The translations under genes and the position numbers were made by a program. The notes below the pieces were generated by a model, which did not search any database, had not been told where the DNA came from, and saw only the letters and a program-made list of their open reading frames with translations. From Chiloscyllium plagiosum (lineage: Eukaryota): a stretch of DNA of 64,000 nucleotides. The stretch spans positions 27,839,473 through 27,903,472 of the forward strand of contig NC_057720.1 of assembly GCF_004010195.1 (NCBI RefSeq), in the 5' to 3' direction. Below, piece by piece: positions 62,088 through 64,000 of this stretch. Numbering within the stretch: position 1 is the stretch's first letter; each line of letters opens with the position of its first letter.

Positions 62088-64000
62088 CCCTGTCTGTCAT
62101 AGTTTGATCTGCCCCTCTGTGATCCCTAAATTGACCTGAGTGGCCAATTGAAAACTGTGTTAAGTCCCTCTCCTTTGCCCAGCAGAACTGAATCGTGCCA
62201 CTATTAACTCTTGAGCTGTCTGTGCTCCTCATGTTGTATTTCAGAGAATGCTTGTTTCCCTGGTCCAACTGAATGCACAGGATTTCATCACGTGTTTTCA
62301 TGTTTGTCCTCTTTCACTGACATCTACACATTCTTAATTTAGGAGTAAACTTTTCTTCCTCTCATTCTCTACATTTAAAATTTATAACTAAGGAATTATG
62401 TAACATTTTTTACACAGAATAATAGCCGTTAGATCAGTGTTATTAACTACTTAAAGCAGATATTTTTAAAGCAAGATGGGATGAACTAGATGATACTGGG
62501 AATATTGAAAGGTAATTTGCAAAATGCAGTCTAAATAAATATTTTATATTTTAAATTTAACATACCAAAGTATTACAGATTGGGGAGGAGTTGAGGGTTG
62601 GAGAAAATAAATCTGATATCTTTATCTTTTTGGCAGTATGATTTGCCTCAGACTAAATGAATTGTTTAAGTGCCAGGGTGATCAAGGTGTAAACACAATT
62701 TGTTCTGTAAAAACAGGCTATATTCACCCTGATCTTATCTCAATCTTGTACAGTTTAACGTTCTGTGTGGATTCTTTTTGGATGCTTATTTTTTCAGTCT
62801 ATGATCAGCCTTGGTTAAGTTGTAACAATGATGGTATGTCTGAGTTGATAGAGCTGGAAAAATAAATAAATGAATGTGATTGCCCTGTTCAGTTTCTATT
62901 ATAGAGATGAAAATTTGAAGGTTAGATTACATTTTGATTCTTTGTTTCACTTTCAATCTGATATGGTTACAATGTTTCTTTAATAGAGGTCAAAAAAGAA
63001 AAGGAATGTTGTAAAGACTTAGTATATTAAGGTTCATAGAAGACCATGTGTAATGAGATACCAAAGTAAGATAATAGTGAATGAAATAGAATCTGTAGGA
63101 AGAAAAGTGAATGAAACCATTGAAGGGAACACAGGAAATACCAGAAAACGTATACATTTTCAAGATGGTCAGAGAAGCATGAGGGAAATAGAAATAAAGA
63201 TAGCTGTTGAAGTCCTGCTCGTGGCACCTAGCTGCGTGAGTCATTATAACTTCTCAGACATTTTCCTAACCTCTGACTGCAACAAAACAGACTATTGAAG
63301 GAATAGGAACATGATTAAAGTTGGAGATGAACCAAAGGCTGTAGGATCATGCTACTCAATGTCGGATCAATTACAACTACTTTTAATCACTTATTTTATT
63401 ATTTTTCCATTTAGTTTTACATATGTGCACCCTAGAAAGTTTAAATTGTTCAAGGCAATGTGATTTCTGGAATGTGAAACTGAACAATTATTAAATAGTC
63501 ATGGCAGAGGGCACAAAAAAGTGAAATTTGAAATGTTATTTGTGAAAAGAATAAAGCTACACAATTCCATAACTTAAAATAGAAGCATTCTTGCTGTACA
63601 AGAGTTGGCAGAGCAAGCTCGAGATACTATCTTATAGTCAAAAATCCAAACTTAATCAGTAAAACATTAATTAGCAGGCAAATTGTGCAGAATGTACTGC
63701 AAAATCACATCTTTAGTTACAGATACAACCAAGGCAGATTTAATGAATTAGCTCAGCAGTTCACTCTGATTTCAGTGAACATAGTGGGTCACAAAATACT
63801 TCAGAATCCATTTCCTCATGAGGAATCTCAAATCCTCTCCTTCCAAGAGCATTTGTGATGCCTCACTAATCTGTCCATAGGCATAACCTTCACCACCAGC
63901 AGAACACCGATGCAGACATGCTCAAATTAATCTGGATGAGGTAGCCACACTAATAATATCTTCCAGGAACACAAACAGCTTCAGTACCCTATTCTTGATG

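Noticed and set aside
63053..63298. 81-aa purine-rich ORF
   Set aside because: No recognisable domain, an in-frame stop shortly upstream, and no supporting splice structure.

Overview
Repeat-dense vertebrate genomic DNA, almost certainly from a shark or other cartilaginous fish (HE1 V-SINEs, a SacSINE1-type DeuSINE, many CR1/HER1-like LINEs). I found no intact host gene, and nearly all ORFs in the track are TE fragments or chance frames. Headline: a complete but decayed two-LTR retroelement on the minus strand (28986-34381). It has a 4-bp CCCT TSD, a tRNA-Leu PBS, a leader splice donor, an env-TM-like remnant and a PPT. It has no recognisable gag/pol. Instead it carries an intronless, internally deleted RBPMS2-like cDNA plus about 1.4 kb of other UTR-like cargo, i.e. 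apparent LTR/retrovirus-mediated capture of a host mRNA. Second theme: Penelope-like (PLE) inverted insertions at three scales (six ~200-bp hairpins, a 1.2-kb pair, and a GIY-YIG-bearing pair). Most have clear 14-17 bp TSDs, and all carry minimal hammerhead-ribozyme-like cores, intact or decayed. Also present: a five-component nest (Rex1, solo LTR, full-length L1, CR1, PLE hairpin), three copies of a Gmr1-like Gypsy family (PR-IN order), a full-length Tigger, a hAT-type MITE, a tandem tRNA-SINE-like array, a 23-bp minisatellite and a 97-N assembly gap. All calls come from reading the sequence by eye; no database searches were run.
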